The notes: generated from the sequence alone by a model not told the origin. Positions 26,931 through 39,365 are shown, counted from the whole stretch's first letter. The stretch is 63,659 bases of DNA, filler included, from Phoronis australis (GCA_002633005.1; 4 parts of 4 records of this genome joined end to end with filler, not necessarily neighbours in it), one strand, 5' to 3'. Numbers and translations are program-made.

Positions 26931-27126
26931 GTAGATGTGTTCGCTTTAACAAACGTACATTCAGTGTCCCCATATCAGACTATTTTTATTCATGTGGATA
27001 TATGTGTATTTGTGTATGTACGTGTATTTACGTGCATGTTGGTTTTGTATTTATGTATGTATGTATGTTAGTGTGCATTTATATATATATATATAAATAC
27101 ACACTAACATACATACATACATAAAT

Positions 27127-27226
27127 NNNNNNNNNNNNNNNNNNNNNNNNNNNNNNNNNNNNNNNNNNNNTTAATTAATTAANNNNNNNNNNNNNNNNNN
27201 NNNNNNNNNNNNNNNNNNNNNNNNNN
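27127..27226. other. Artificial scaffold spacer (44N-TTAATTAATTAA-44N)
   Basis: Identical 100-bp construct also at 39836-39935 and 62028-62127; linker has stop codons in all six frames. Confidence 0.97.
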
Positions 27227-27680
27227 GTATTTTGAATATTGCAATGCATGTATTCCAAAATCTAAATAACTTGGGTCCTATATTTTTGTATTAGTGCGCG
27301 CCGAATGAAAGTAATCGTGAGTGTTGCTGTGTTGCAAAATCTCTTATCCTGGGCCGATTTGAAAAATTCAAAGTTGTACTCATATTTGTTTTCGCTCCTC
27401 ATTTCAAATATTGCAGTAAACACTACGTAAAACTCTCTCTATAAAAAGTACAGTCTGCTAGCTCGATTGTAATCAGCTGATCATATCCGCATGAGCGAAG
27501 CCAGTTATCCTCGCTCGTGACTCGATGACTAGAGCAGCTTGGCGGCATCTCTTTGATCGTGAGCCGAGCGCGACTCGGCCAAGGTGGATAAATGCGGTCT
27601 AGTTCAATTTTCCATACCCCACCGTTTACCTTAACCACTGGGGTTAGGACCAATCTTATTTAGTGGGAATGTTCATAGCA
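27227..27680 (+). repeat. Interspersed repeat family (copies at 42623-43080 same strand, 36310-36900 reverse strand)
   Basis: Near-identical sequence; ORF-track peptides 27423-27653 and 42858-43049 are paralogous by-products. Confidence 0.85.
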
Positions 27681-29478
27681 TGTTAATAATCTAATGAAAT
27701 TCTCAGTTGTTTTCAAGTTTTCATGTGTTTGTATTGGGAAAAGCCTGGTTGGTGTTGATTTTTGGACTGCTGTGCCCCCTAGTGGCAAATTGCCGTTGCA
27801 TCTTCCTTAATACCTACCAATTAAAAGTTCTTTCAATTGATGAATCTTCATGAAATAAGATCTATGGATTCCTAATGAGAGGACTACAACTTGTTTTGAT
27901 TTTAAATGAATTCTGCTATTGCCAATCATTTCTTATATCTTTGCCATTTGACATGCTTTTATTACCCTTCCCATTTACAAAATCATACTTTGAATATACG
28001 TTTGTTTCAATGTCATATTTCAGCTACTGACTAAACCGGATATACTCAAACATTACTATTATGTAGTAGTTGCAGTTTTGACTTCTAGTATTCTTGTCTC
28101 CATTTATATGCGCCCACATATTTATGTGCGGACGCGTTATGCCATCATCTCTGTCCGGCGTCCGTTCAGCGTCCGTCCGGCGTCCGCTGCTCTATCTCCA
28201 AAACCTTTGACAAATGTTCATGAACTTGATTTTGCATGTGTTTCTTTTATGGATGGGTCAGTATGAGTGAACTTTCGGATGGATTCGACTACCAGTATGC
28301 TCCCCAGTGCCAATTTTTACGTTAACTTTACCTCCCGTAACTTCAAAGCCGTCCTCAACGTATTTCCATAGGCATCTATTAGCGAGATGGTGCTATCCTC
28401 TTATTTTTGGATGGATTCAACGTAGTTTGCGTCACCTAGTGGCCATTTTCATTGATTTTGAGTCTGTTTTTAGCGTCCATCCCTCTATCAACCAAACCGC
28501 TCTAAGGATGATTGTGAAAATTGGCATGTATGTGCTTACTATGAAGAGTATGGTTGACGATTTTCCGATGACTTCGACTACTTTGGCGCCTCCTGGTGAA
28601 AGTTTTTTGTGTTTTTTGTGCTCATGGCTTTATCTTCTACACTGTTAGCAGTATCTTTTCTAAATTTGAGAACAGGCGATGACGTCTTTAGGACAGATCT
28701 GATTAACAGTGTGTCTCCTAGTGGCAGTTTATAATTTTTACATTTACCTTGTCTGTATCTTCAAAGGTCCTCAACTCAATTTACTTTCATAAAATTTGAC
28801 ATATAGGCATCTGTTAGTTAAATGACGCTATCCTCACATTTTGGAATGGATTCAACCTAGTTTGTGCCACCTGGTGGCTATTTTTACTGTTTTTGAGTTT
28901 TTTGGCGTCCACCAAACCACTCTAAGGATGATTGTGAAAATTGGCATGTATGTTCTTACTATGAAGAGGACGGTTGACGATGATTTTCAGATGACTTTGA
29001 ATACTGTGGTGCCTCCTAGTGGCAGTTTTTTTTTGCGACCATGGCTCTCTCTCCTAAACTGTTTGCAGGATCTTTACTAAATTTAGCATAATTAGTGTAT
29101 TTATATGATGTTGACAACAGATAACAACTAGTTTCGGACAGATCTGACTACTGGTGTGGCCCCTAGTGGCAATTTTAGTTTTTTTTTACATTTACTTCTC
29201 TGTATCTCCAAAGTTCTGCAATGGATTTTCATGAAATTTGAAATATAGGCATCTATTGGTGAGATGATGCTATCCTCCCATTTCTGAATAGAATCGGGGT
29301 ATTTTGCCACAAATGGTGACCATTTTTATTGTTTTCGAGTCTGTTTTTTTCGCGTCCATCCCGTTATCAACCAAACCGGTTTCGGGATGATTTTTAAAAT
29401 TGGCGATGTTCTCAGTGTGAATGGTACGGTTGATGATGACAACTTTGAGTACTGTAGCGCCTTCTAGTGGTAGCTTTG

Positions 29479-31389
29479 TTATGCGGCCACATATTCATAT
29501 GTGGATGCATTATGTCGTCATCTCTGTCCGTCCGTCTGTATGGGTGGCGTCCGTCTGGCGTCCGCTGCTCTATCTCGAAAACCGATTGACGTATGTTCAT
29601 TAAATTTTGCACGTCTTCCTTTCATGGATGCGACAGCATGAGCTAACGTTCAGACGGATACGACTACCGGTGTGCCTCCTAGTGTCAATTTTAATTTTTT
29701 ACGTTTACCTCTTTGTCTTCAAAGGTCCTCAACATATTTTTATGAAATTTAGTATGTAGGCATCTATTAGACAGACGATGGTATCCTGTTTTCAGATGGA
29801 TTCGACGTAGTTTGCTCCACCTAGTGGCAATTTGTTACTGTTTTCGAGTCTGTTTTTTAGCGTCCACCCCGCTATCAACCAAACCGCTCTAAGCATCATT
29901 GGCATGTATGTATGTTCTTACTATGAAGAAGACGGTTGACGTTGATTTTCCTACGACTTCGAATACTGTGGCGCCTCCTAGTGCCAGTTTTGTTTGTTTG
30001 CGCCTATGGCTATATGTCCTAAACTGTTTGCACGATCTTCACTAATTTAGTAGGTGCATTTATATGATGTTGACAACGGACGACGATGACTTTCAAACAG
30101 ATCTGACTACTGGTGTGCCACCTAGTGGCAATTTTATTTTTTTATGTTTAATTCAGTCTGTATTTTTAAAGGTCCATTAGGTATTTTCTTAAATTTGATG
30201 TACAGACCTTTGTTAGTGAGGTGACGCTATCGTTTCGTTTTCAGATGGATTCGACCTAGTTTGCGCCACATAGTGGCCATTATTACTGTTTTCGAGTCTG
30301 TTTTTTGGCATCCACCCCTCTATCAACCAAACCACTTTCAGGATAATTGTGAAAATTGGCATGTATGTTTTTACTGTGAAGTGGATGGCTGACGACTACT
30401 GTGGCGCCTCCTACTGGCAGTTGCATTTTTTGCGCCCATGGTTGTATCTTTTAAACCATTTGCAGGATCTTTACTAAATTTTTTTACTGTGTTATATGAT
30501 GTTGACAATGTACGGCGACTTCCGGATGGATGTGACTTCTAGTGTGCCATCTGGTGGCAGTTTTAGTTTTACGTTTACCTCTGCATCTTCAAAAGTTCTC
30601 ATTTGCAGGATCTTTACTAATTTTTTTTTACTGTGTTCATGTGATGTTGGCAATGTACGGCGACTTCTGGATGGATCTGACTTCTAGTGTGCCATCTGGT
30701 GGCAATTTTAGTTTTACGTTTACCTCTGTATCTTCAAAAGTTTTCAACGGATTTTCATATAGTTTTGAATCTGGGCATCTATTGGTGAGATGACGCTATC
30801 CTCCCACCTTTCGGATGGAATCAAGGACTGGTATTTTGCATTGCCTAGTGGCCATTATTGCTGTTTTTGAGTCTGTTTTTTGGCGTCTACCCTTCTATCA
30901 ACCAAATCATTCTAAGGATGGTTTTGAAAATTGTCGTATAAGTTCTCAGTGTGAAAAGGGTGGTTGACAATGACGACTTTGAATAATGTGGCGCCTCCTA
31001 TTGGTAGTTTTGTTTTGTTATGTGCCCATAGCTGTATCTCCTAAGCCCACTCACTGCAGGATCTTTATTAAATTTAGTAATTGTATTGATATGAAGCTAA
31101 CAACAGACAATGATGACTTTCAGGCGGATCCAGTGAACACTCAGTGTCCCCTAGTGGCAATTTCTTTTTATTCTGTTTTCCTTTGTTTCTCTGAAGTTTC
31201 GTGACGGATTTCTATGAAATTTGGTGAATAGCTTCCTATTAAGGAAGCAATGACTTTTTTCATTTTGGGATGGATTGTACAGTTTTGCACCATCTAGTGG
31301 CCGTTTTTATGACACAAATAAACAACCCTAAAAGCACACAATTTCTGATGCATTTGCGAGCGCATTTCAAAGCTCCGCGTTGCTCTTGT
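29479..31389 (+). mobile_element. Non-autonomous Helentron nested inside the outer copy
   Basis: Own 5' end ATGCGGCCACATATTCATATGTGG and 3' end GAGCGCATTTCAAAGCTCCGCGTTGCTCTTGT; removing it rejoins the outer monomer in a T-run. Confidence 0.8.
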
Positions 31390-32712
31390 TTTGTTTTTGC
31401 GCCTATAGCTGTGTCTCCGAAGCCCACTGCAGGATCTTTGTTAGCTTTAATAAGTATTTATATGAACTAACAACAGACAATGACATTCAGGCAAATCCAA
31501 TGAACGTTTTCGAATGGATTCGATGTAGTTCGGACCGCTTAGAGGCCATTTTTACTGTTTTCGAGTCTGATTTTTGCAGTCCGTCCCTCTATTAACCAAA
31601 CCACTCTAAGGATGATTGTGAAAATTGGCATGTATGTTTTTACTCTGGAAAAGATGAGTGACAATGATTTTCCAACGACTTTGACTACTGTGGCGCCTCC
31701 TAGTGGCAGAGTTTTGTACCCTTGGCTGTATCTGATAAACCGTTTGCAGGATCTTTACTAAATTTAGCAAGATTTAGTGTATTTATATGATGTTGGCAAC
31801 AGACGACGAGGACTTTCGCACGGATCTTTTTGCCAGTGTGCCCCCTAGTTTTTTACTTTTACCTCAAAGGTCCTCAACGAATTTTCATAAAATTTTGTAA
31901 TATAGGCATCTATTGGTGGAGTGAAGCTATCTTGCCATTTTCATATGGATATGAGGTATTTTGCACCTCCTAAAGGCAGGGATACACTTACCCACTCGCC
32001 CAGTCGCCAGTGCGAGTAAAAATGGTGCTGGGCGAGAAGAAATTGTCTTTCCGGTTGCTCACGGGTGGCGAGCGAATTTTCAGAGCTCAAAAGCACTCTA
32101 CCGTTTCCCAGATTAACATAAATAAATTTTCTCCTCCTTGTGCTGTTTTTATCACGAAAACAAAGGTTCAGTTTGGTCAGCGCGTCGATGCTGCGGCAAT
32201 AAAAAACACCGGCGCCGTACACTCCTACCAATTCAGTAGATGTCACCCCTCACGCGATTCTTCTAGACAAGAGATCTCCATGGTTGGTCGTGCACAAAGG
32301 AATTTGTGGACTAGCCCGAAACGAAGAAAAAGGGGGGAAAGGTGGAAGACTTGTCCATATGCTTACAGCAAGTGAAATTGGTAATCTATGAACAGGGGCT
32401 GCCTTTTGGGCGGTTAAAATAGAATTTTTTAAAAAATCTTGATTTGTTGCTTACTGCACAGAGGACCCTGTTTACCCTCATGGATCTACGCTGACGTTGG
32501 ACTTCAAGCATTTCAGTTAATAGATAGGTTGAGGGATTGAAGTAACGGACTTCCAATGGCCTGTAGTGCATGATACAGTGGCGTCGTGATCCCGAGTTTG
32601 ATTGGGTTTTTGCGTACCTCGGCGAGTAGCTAACAGAGGCTCACATGATTCACCGGAAGCACATCTACAACACCCTGGACATCTAAGCAACCAAACATGA
32701 TTGACGGCCTCC

Positions 32713-32852
32713 CGTTCAGTAACGCTAGGACCTCGCTAAAAAGCAAGACTTTGCGAGATTACGTGAAATATTGCCGTCTATTTCAAATGAGAACACGTGA
32801 CTTTGTCTAGATTTTAGCTAGGTCTTAGCGTAGGTCCTAGCGTTACTGAACG
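32713..32852. mobile_element. Palindromic MITE, Harbinger-like
   Basis: CGTTCAGTAACGCTAGGACCT(A)CGCTAA inverted pair. Confidence 0.6.
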
Positions 32853-33690
32853 CACGCTAGGTCTTCTTACTGAATACTTTGCCTGGAACTTAAAGTTTGG
32901 CAACCAAGCACGTGCTAATGATTGACAGATTTTCTAACTGAATACTTTGAACTTAATTTGAACTATGTAACATTTTATATACATATGTACATTGTATATT
33001 TCTTTTTTAGTTCAAAGCCAAAACCGCTCTTGTTCAAAGTCTGTGCTCAACAATCCGTGATATTACTATAATTATGCATAGGGGTACTTGGTGGGCTGCC
33101 AAAATAATGATGCAAACACACGTGTAAAAACCAGGCAAACCAAAAGTTCAAAGAATAAGTTTTCGACCACGTGGATGTGCACAGAATGTTTGACTTGAGC
33201 TTAATGACAAGTTGATTTTAGTTGGGCACTTCCATTTTGGTGTCAGGGGTGAGGAAGAGTGCAGTTTCTAATAAAACTACTTTTGTGTCAGATTTTATCT
33301 GGTCAGTCTTTTACCCACATTGGCGCCGTAGCTGTAGCCTATATTACTACTTTGCATGTAGCTTTGCACCAAGGCAACGTCTCGCGTTCCTGGGCATTCA
33401 TCTACGTCAAAAGTTCCTGAGAAGCGATGGCATGTTCCCTGTTTTGGGATGAATTCAATATTTTTGTGCCATCTAGTGGTCATTTTCATGATACAAATAA
33501 ACAACCCTGAAAGCACAACGTTTGCGATGTATTTGTGGTTGCGTTTCAATACTCCGCCTTGCTCTTGTCCATAAATCGTTAAAATAAAATGAACTCCAGT
33601 TTTTTTAATGAAATGTGAAGTGTTGAAACTTAGTCTTTAATGTTAGTAACATTTTTGTAATGAGATGTCTTTATTTTTCGCTGAATGTAG

Positions 33691-33981
33691 ACCCAGCCCG
33701 ACCAGGAAACTTGAATCTAGCAGCCAATGGTAATCAGCCTAACTCACTGGAAATAACGTGGCTCAACTCTGACGGTGTAGTCATCGAGTACAATGTAACT
33801 GTAGATGACATTGGTTCAGGCATTATCAACAAGGTTAATGACTCCAGTTCATCAAACTCCAGCCATGTGTTGATTAGAGGCCTTACTCCAGGCACACAGT
33901 ACCATGTTACGGTAATTGCTGTTGGCAATAAGGGAAAGAGAAGTGAGGCATCTACCAACAACTTCACTACCCAGGAAATAT
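33691..33981 (+). CDS. Fibronectin type III repeat receptor-like protein (RPTP/usherin-like), exon
   Basis: tgtag/gtaagt; DPARPGNL...LEITW...EYNVTV...IRGLTPGTQYHVTVIAVG is a complete FN3 domain; phase 1-1. Confidence 0.9.
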
Positions 33982-34089
33982 GTAAGTGAGCGACACAGCA
34001 ACCTTGTCACCGAAGTGACTGGATATTGACTGAAGTACTTGAAATGCAGAACATCCCTTCCATGTGTTTGTAGTCTGATATGTTCAAAT

Positions 34090-34490
34090 ATGTCAAACGA
34101 TTTATGTCCGTCAAACGATTGATGTCAGCCAAATGACGGATATCAACCAAATGAGTGATGTCCGTCAAACGATTGATGTCCGTCATACGATTGATGTCAG
34201 CCAAGTGATCGATGTCCATCAAACAATTGATTTCCGCCAAACGATCGATGTCTGTCAAACAATTGATGTCCGTCTAACGATTGATGTCCATCAAATGATT
34301 GATGTCTGTCAAACAATTGATGTTCGTCAAGCGATTTATGTCCGTCAAACGATAGATGTCCGTCAAGCGATTGATGCCAGCCAAAAGATTGATGTTCGTC
34401 AAACGATTGATGTCCGTCAAGCGATTGATGTCATCCAAATGATTGTTATCAGCCAAATGATTGATGTTAGTGAAATGATTGATTCAGTCA
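34090..34490. repeat. 18-bp minisatellite (GTCAAACGATTGATGTCC)n, intronic
   Basis: About 22 imperfect units. Confidence 0.9.
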
Positions 34491-34695
34491 TATGATGTCA
34501 AACCATGTATGAAGTGTTATATTGAAATCTCATCATGAGTTTTATTATACTGAAGACAAGAATGGTTCTCAATCTCAGTGGAGTCCTGGCAGTGATTAAT
34601 AGATTATATTATTAATAATAATTACAGGATAAAAAAGTCTCATACAGGATTACATTATCTTATTAATTTAACTTTTCATTATTGTTTATTTGTAG

Positions 34696-34905
34696 CTCCT
34701 GGGCCTCCCAGTGATTTAACCTTTAAAAAAATCATGAACACCTCAGTGGAAGTGTCCTGGAATAAACCATCAGCTCCTAATGGCGTGATAACAGGGTACC
34801 AGATTCTGTATAGACGGTATTCCTTTGAACCTGTATCAACTCCAGGACCTGTTATTAGTGTCAATACTACAACAACGAGTCAGACTGTGGACAGACTGTA
34901 TCCAG
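34696..34905 (+). CDS. FN3 receptor-like protein exon
   Basis: ttgtag/gtaat; PGPPSDL...TSVEVSWNKPSAPNGVITGYQILY...VDRLYP; phase 1-1. Confidence 0.92.
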
Positions 34906-35259
34906 GTAATAACTGTGTACCTGGAGATGGAACTCACCCTAATTAGGAATATGATAATTCTTTGACATAATGCACTATGGCCCAGTGACCCAGACTTTGT
35001 GAGTGCACCCTATATCTTAATATAGGCCTTTTTGAAGGAATTTGCTGCAGCAAAAAGTCATCCCGATTGAAGGTTAGAAAGTGCTTGACTGATAGCTGCA
35101 GGTCTCAATCAACCCAGGAAAGGAGGAATTCCTCAAGGGGTCAGAGTACTGACAAATGTCAATCAAGAGAATTGTTTTTAATTATTAGTTTTGGGGAAAA
35201 CTCATTCCAGTGCTACATGTTTGTTTTTAAGCATCGAGGTTTCTTTTTCTGTTTTACAG

Positions 35260-35349
35260 GTAGTAAATATGAGTTTTCAATTGTGGCTTTCAATAGCAAA
35301 GGTGGCGGAAATTCATCTGTGTGGGAAGCCGTGACCACTAAAGAACATG
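35260..35349 (+). CDS. FN3 receptor-like protein exon
   Basis: ttacag/gtaag; GSKYEFSIVAFNSKGGGNSSVWEAVTTKEH completes the preceding FN3; phase 1-1. Confidence 0.92.
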
Positions 35350-35697
35350 GTAAGAGCTGTTTTTCACTAAAAGTGTACGAGTTGTGTTTTCTAGAAAATG
35401 TTTCACGAGTCCTTAGCATGGTGTCTGACACATCTAATTTGATGAAACAATTAATAAATAGAATTACTGAAAGATTGAACTATCTATTTTTGTATCCTGA
35501 GATTGGAACAACTTGAGATCAGTTGTATGTTGTAAGTGGTGTAAATCATAAGTAATTTCTTTTCTGATTGTTATGAAGCTAATGTTAGACAATTTGTAAT
35601 TGATTCTCAGTCTAGCATTGACTCACATTGTACGAATTTCAGTGGAAATATTGCCTTGAGTGTACCATCTGGTAATTGTGCCTGTTTACTACTTCAG

Positions 35698-35873
35698 TGG
35701 CTGGCGCTGTGTCTAACTTCTCTGTGCTTCGTAACACGTCCCGCAGCATGATAGTCCAGTGGGGTTATCCAACACAGCCAAACGGTGTGATAGTGCACTA
35801 CCTGCTCCTGGTGAAGATTGGTAACACGTGTGTTCAGGCTCTCACCTTCAACTGTTCTGACTGTAGTGCCCAG
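35698..35873 (+). CDS. FN3 receptor-like protein exon
   Basis: ttcag/gtgagt; VAGAVSNFSV...SMIVQWGYPTQPNGVIVHYLL...CSDCSAQ; phase 1-0. Confidence 0.9.
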
Positions 35874-36963
35874 GTGAGTAAATTTGTGTAGGTCTTGGTT
35901 GAAGGATATCTTCAGCAGCATTGCTAGTAAATGGTGCAGGCAGTCACATTTTTTCCATTTGGTTGGTACTCTCCAGTCTTCAATTTCTAATTGGGTCTAA
36001 CTTGCATTTCATGTTCTGTGTTACTCAAAATAAAATGCTGTATTAGTGTGCTGCAGGTTGAAGTAAGTGTGTGGCTTTGTGTGTGTCTTGAGAGTGTAGG
36101 CGTCGTAAGCATGTGAGTGTCCATGGTTGTTGAGAACATGGATATCAGTAAGTGTGTGGCTCTCTTAAGAGTCTTGGGAATGCAAGTTTCAGCTTTTACA
36201 CCATTTTGTAAACACACTTTTAGGTTATCTCAGGTTTCAGAAACCATGTGGCTGTCTGTGTTTTTTGAGAACTTAGCTTTCAAAATGTATCAGGCTAACT
36301 ATGTGTTTCATGCTGTGAACATTCCCACTAAACAAGATGACGTCACAACCCCACTGATTAGGGAAAACTGTGGGGTTTGGCCTATTGAACTAGGCCGTAT
36401 TTATTCACCTTGGCTGTGTTGCACTCAGCTCATGATCAAATGGTTCCCGCCTAGCTCCTCTATTCATCCGAGTCGTGAGCGAGGATAATTGGCTTCGCTT
36501 ATGCGGATACAATCAGCTGATTACAATCTGGCCTACATGACTGTACTTTTTATGAAGAGCGTTTTACGTAGTTTTGAGTGTAATATTTGAAAAGAGAAGA
36601 AAAAAGATGTTGGTACAACTTTGAATTTTTCAAATCAGCCCAGAATAAGAGATTTAGCAACACAGCAACACTCACGATTACCGTTTCATTCAGCGCGCAC
36701 GTATACAAAAAGATAGGACCCAAGTTATTTAGATTTTGGAACACATGCATTGCAGTTTTCAAAAAACATTTACTTTAGCTCTTACAAGCTGTAAAACTAT
36801 GTGCTCATTCATTGCCACCCATCAAATCGGATATTTCCAAGATGTGATCTGCGGCATGCGCGTATGTATACAAAACACGGATCGTTATGTTCCTGAAGTA
36901 CGAACATTAAGAAATTTTAGCATGGCGTTATTATTGACAGGGACATGATAAAACGAATTTGGA

Positions 36964-38512
36964 TTTTTATGCGCCCACATATTTATATGTGGACGCATTA
37001 TGCCGTCATCTCCGTCCGTCCGTCTGTCCGGGCGGCGTCCGGCGTCCGCTGCTCTATCTCCAAAACCCTTTGACATACGTTCATGAAATTTGGCACATAT
37101 GTTCCATACATGAATGGGATGGCATGTGCGAACTTTCGGACGGATCCGACTACCGGTGTGCCCCCTAGTGGCAATTTTAATTTTTTACGCTTACCTTTGT
37201 ATCTTCAAAAATCCTCAACGGATTTTCATGAAATTTGGTATGTAGGCACCTATTAGTGAGATGACGCTATCCTCCCGTTTTCAGATGGATTCGACATAGT
37301 TTGCGCCACCTAGTGGCCATTTTTAGTGTTTTCGACGCTGTTTTTGTGCGTCCACCCCTCTATCAACCAAACTGCTCATAGGATGATTGTGAAAATTGGC
37401 ATGTATATGCTTACTATGTAGAGGAGGGTTGACGATTTTCCGACGATTTCGACTACTGTGGCGCCTCCTAATGGCAGTTTTGTTTTTTTTTCGCCTATGG
37501 CTGTATCTACTAAACCGTTCGCAGGATCTTTACGAAATTGTGTAAGTATATTTATATGATGTTAACAACAGAACATGACGACTTTTGGACGGATCCGACT
37601 ACCGGTGTGCCCCGTAGTGGCAATTTTAGTTTTTTACACTTACCTTTGTATCTTCAAAAGTCCTGAACGGATTTTCATAAAATTTGGTATATAGGCACCT
37701 ATTAGTGAGATGACGCTATCCTCCCATGTTCAGATGGATTCGACATAGTTTGCGCCACCTAGTAGCCATTTTTACTGTTTTCGATTCTGTATTTTTGGGT
37801 CCACCCCTCTATCAACCAAACCGCTCAAAGGATGATCGTGAAAATTGGCACGTATGTGCTTGCTATAAAGAAGACAGCTGGCAATGATTTTCAGACGATT
37901 TGGACTACTGTGGCGCCTCCTAGTGGCAGTTTTTTTTTTTTTTTGCGCCTATGGCTGTATCTCCTAAACCGTTCGCAGGATCTTTACGAAATTTAATAAG
38001 TGTATTTATATTATGTTAACAACAGACGATGACGACTTTTGGACGGATCCGCCTACCAGTGTGCCCCCTATTGGCAATTTTATTTTTTACGTTTACCTCT
38101 GTATCTTCACAAGTTCTTAACGGATTTTCATGAAATTTGGTATGTAGGCACATATTAGTGCGATGANNNNNNNNNNNNNNNNNNNNNNNNNNNNNNNNNN
38201 NNNNNNNNNNNNNNNNNNNNNNNNNNNNNNGTTTGCGACACCCAGTGGCCATTTTTACTGTTTTTGAGTCTGTTTTTTGGCGTCCACCCCTCTATCAACC
38301 AAACCGCTCTAAGTATGATTGTGAAAATTGGCATTTATGTTCTTACTATGAAGAGGACGGTTGACGCTGAATTTCCCATGACTTTGATTACTGTGGCGCC
38401 TCCTAGTGGCAGTTTTTTTTTGCGCCCATGGCTGTATCTCCCAAACCGTTTGCAGGATCTTTACTAAATTTAGCAAGTGTATTTATGTGATGTTGACAAC
38501 GGACGAAGACGT
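36964..38512 (+). mobile_element. Non-autonomous Helentron, 3'-truncated, clean A-B-C monomer array
   Basis: TTTTTATGCGCCCACATATTTATATGTGG + GTCC repeats; motifs at 37158, 37303, 37461, 37607, 37752, 37913, 38061. Confidence 0.85.
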
Positions 38513-38514
38513 TG

Positions 38515-39365
38515 CAGCCGTTTAAGTGAAAACCAAATAAACACCATTTTCTTGCAAAATCCTCCTCCTTTTGTAACAAAAGTCTGTCGTCGATGACCCG
38601 CACGCGCTCGCTCACTCAGACACTCTAATACGCAGAAGAACTTCAAAACAAACGTCACGCGACAGCAACATGTGTGTTCATCCAGAGATTTCTCTCGTGT
38701 TGTGGGGTACGATGTAGCGCAAATTTGGACTTAATTGCAATTAGTCTGGACTCCACATGAACTAAAAAAATTGTAAAACATAAGGAGGATTTCAGGTAAT
38801 TTGTTGAGTCGAAACTGCAGAAAGACTGTCATAGGCTACAAATACATCACAGAGCGTAAATTTGATAAATCCTAGCTTCCGATTTTACCCGGTACGGAAA
38901 CCGGTTTTCTGATCTGCCTTAGACTACAATAATCGTCCCCTCCCGTGAAATAAATTTTTGTATGCGCCCGGTATACAGCTTTTCACCGAGGCTAGGTGAC
39001 GCTATGGCATATGCTTTGTTGCTTGTACGGATTGTTGCCATTTTTTTCTTGTTTCCATTACATAATGATGGCGGAAATGAAAACATTGCAAATTTGAATT
39101 TTAATGTTTGCATAATCCTGAAAATCAGAGGTCGGTAAACCAAATTTTTTAAATCACTTTCAGCGAAAAACTAGCAGAAAATTGCCATGAAGGTATTAAC
39201 TATTCCATGCAGCATTATTTAACTGGTCTTGGCTAATTATCTTTTTATGGCCTGGTCATTCATTCAGCCAAAAGTAGTTCCATAGGTGGCTTATCAGCCA
39301 ATTATTCACACATGCTGACTCACAATAGAAGCCTGATAAGAGGGAAGGTAGATAAATGTGGTGTT
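38515..39365 (+). repeat. Interspersed repeat family (reverse copies at ~41290-42120, partial copy 52490-52720)
   Basis: Shared blocks such as AACTTCAAAACAAACGTCACG and GCTGACTCACAATAGAAGCCTGATAAG. Confidence 0.75.

Larger units (their letters stand above)
28103..33568 (+). mobile_element. Non-autonomous Helentron (HINE/DINE-1-like), outer copy, interrupted
   Basis: 5' TTTATATGCGCCCACATATTTATGTGCGG + GTCC microsatellite; ~150-bp monomer array; decayed 3' end ...GCCTTGCTCTTGT at 33568; contains a nested copy and other inserts. Confidence 0.75.

Noticed and set aside
27049-27126. 78-bp near-perfect palindrome
   Set aside because: Centred on (AT)n at a contig end; most likely an assembly fold-back
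27171-27182. TTAATTAATTAA as a biological TTAA target or regulatory site
   Set aside because: Synthetic linker centred in fixed-length N runs
34133-34495. ORF with QTIDVR repeats and antisense DINRLT ORFs
   Set aside because: By-product of an 18-bp intronic minisatellite; the flanking FN3 exons splice in phase without it
28103-38512. CRISPR-like look of a conserved 14-bp motif separated by ~135-bp variable stretches
   Set aside because: The intervening sequences recur in an A-B-C cycle, the context is eukaryotic and there are no cas genes
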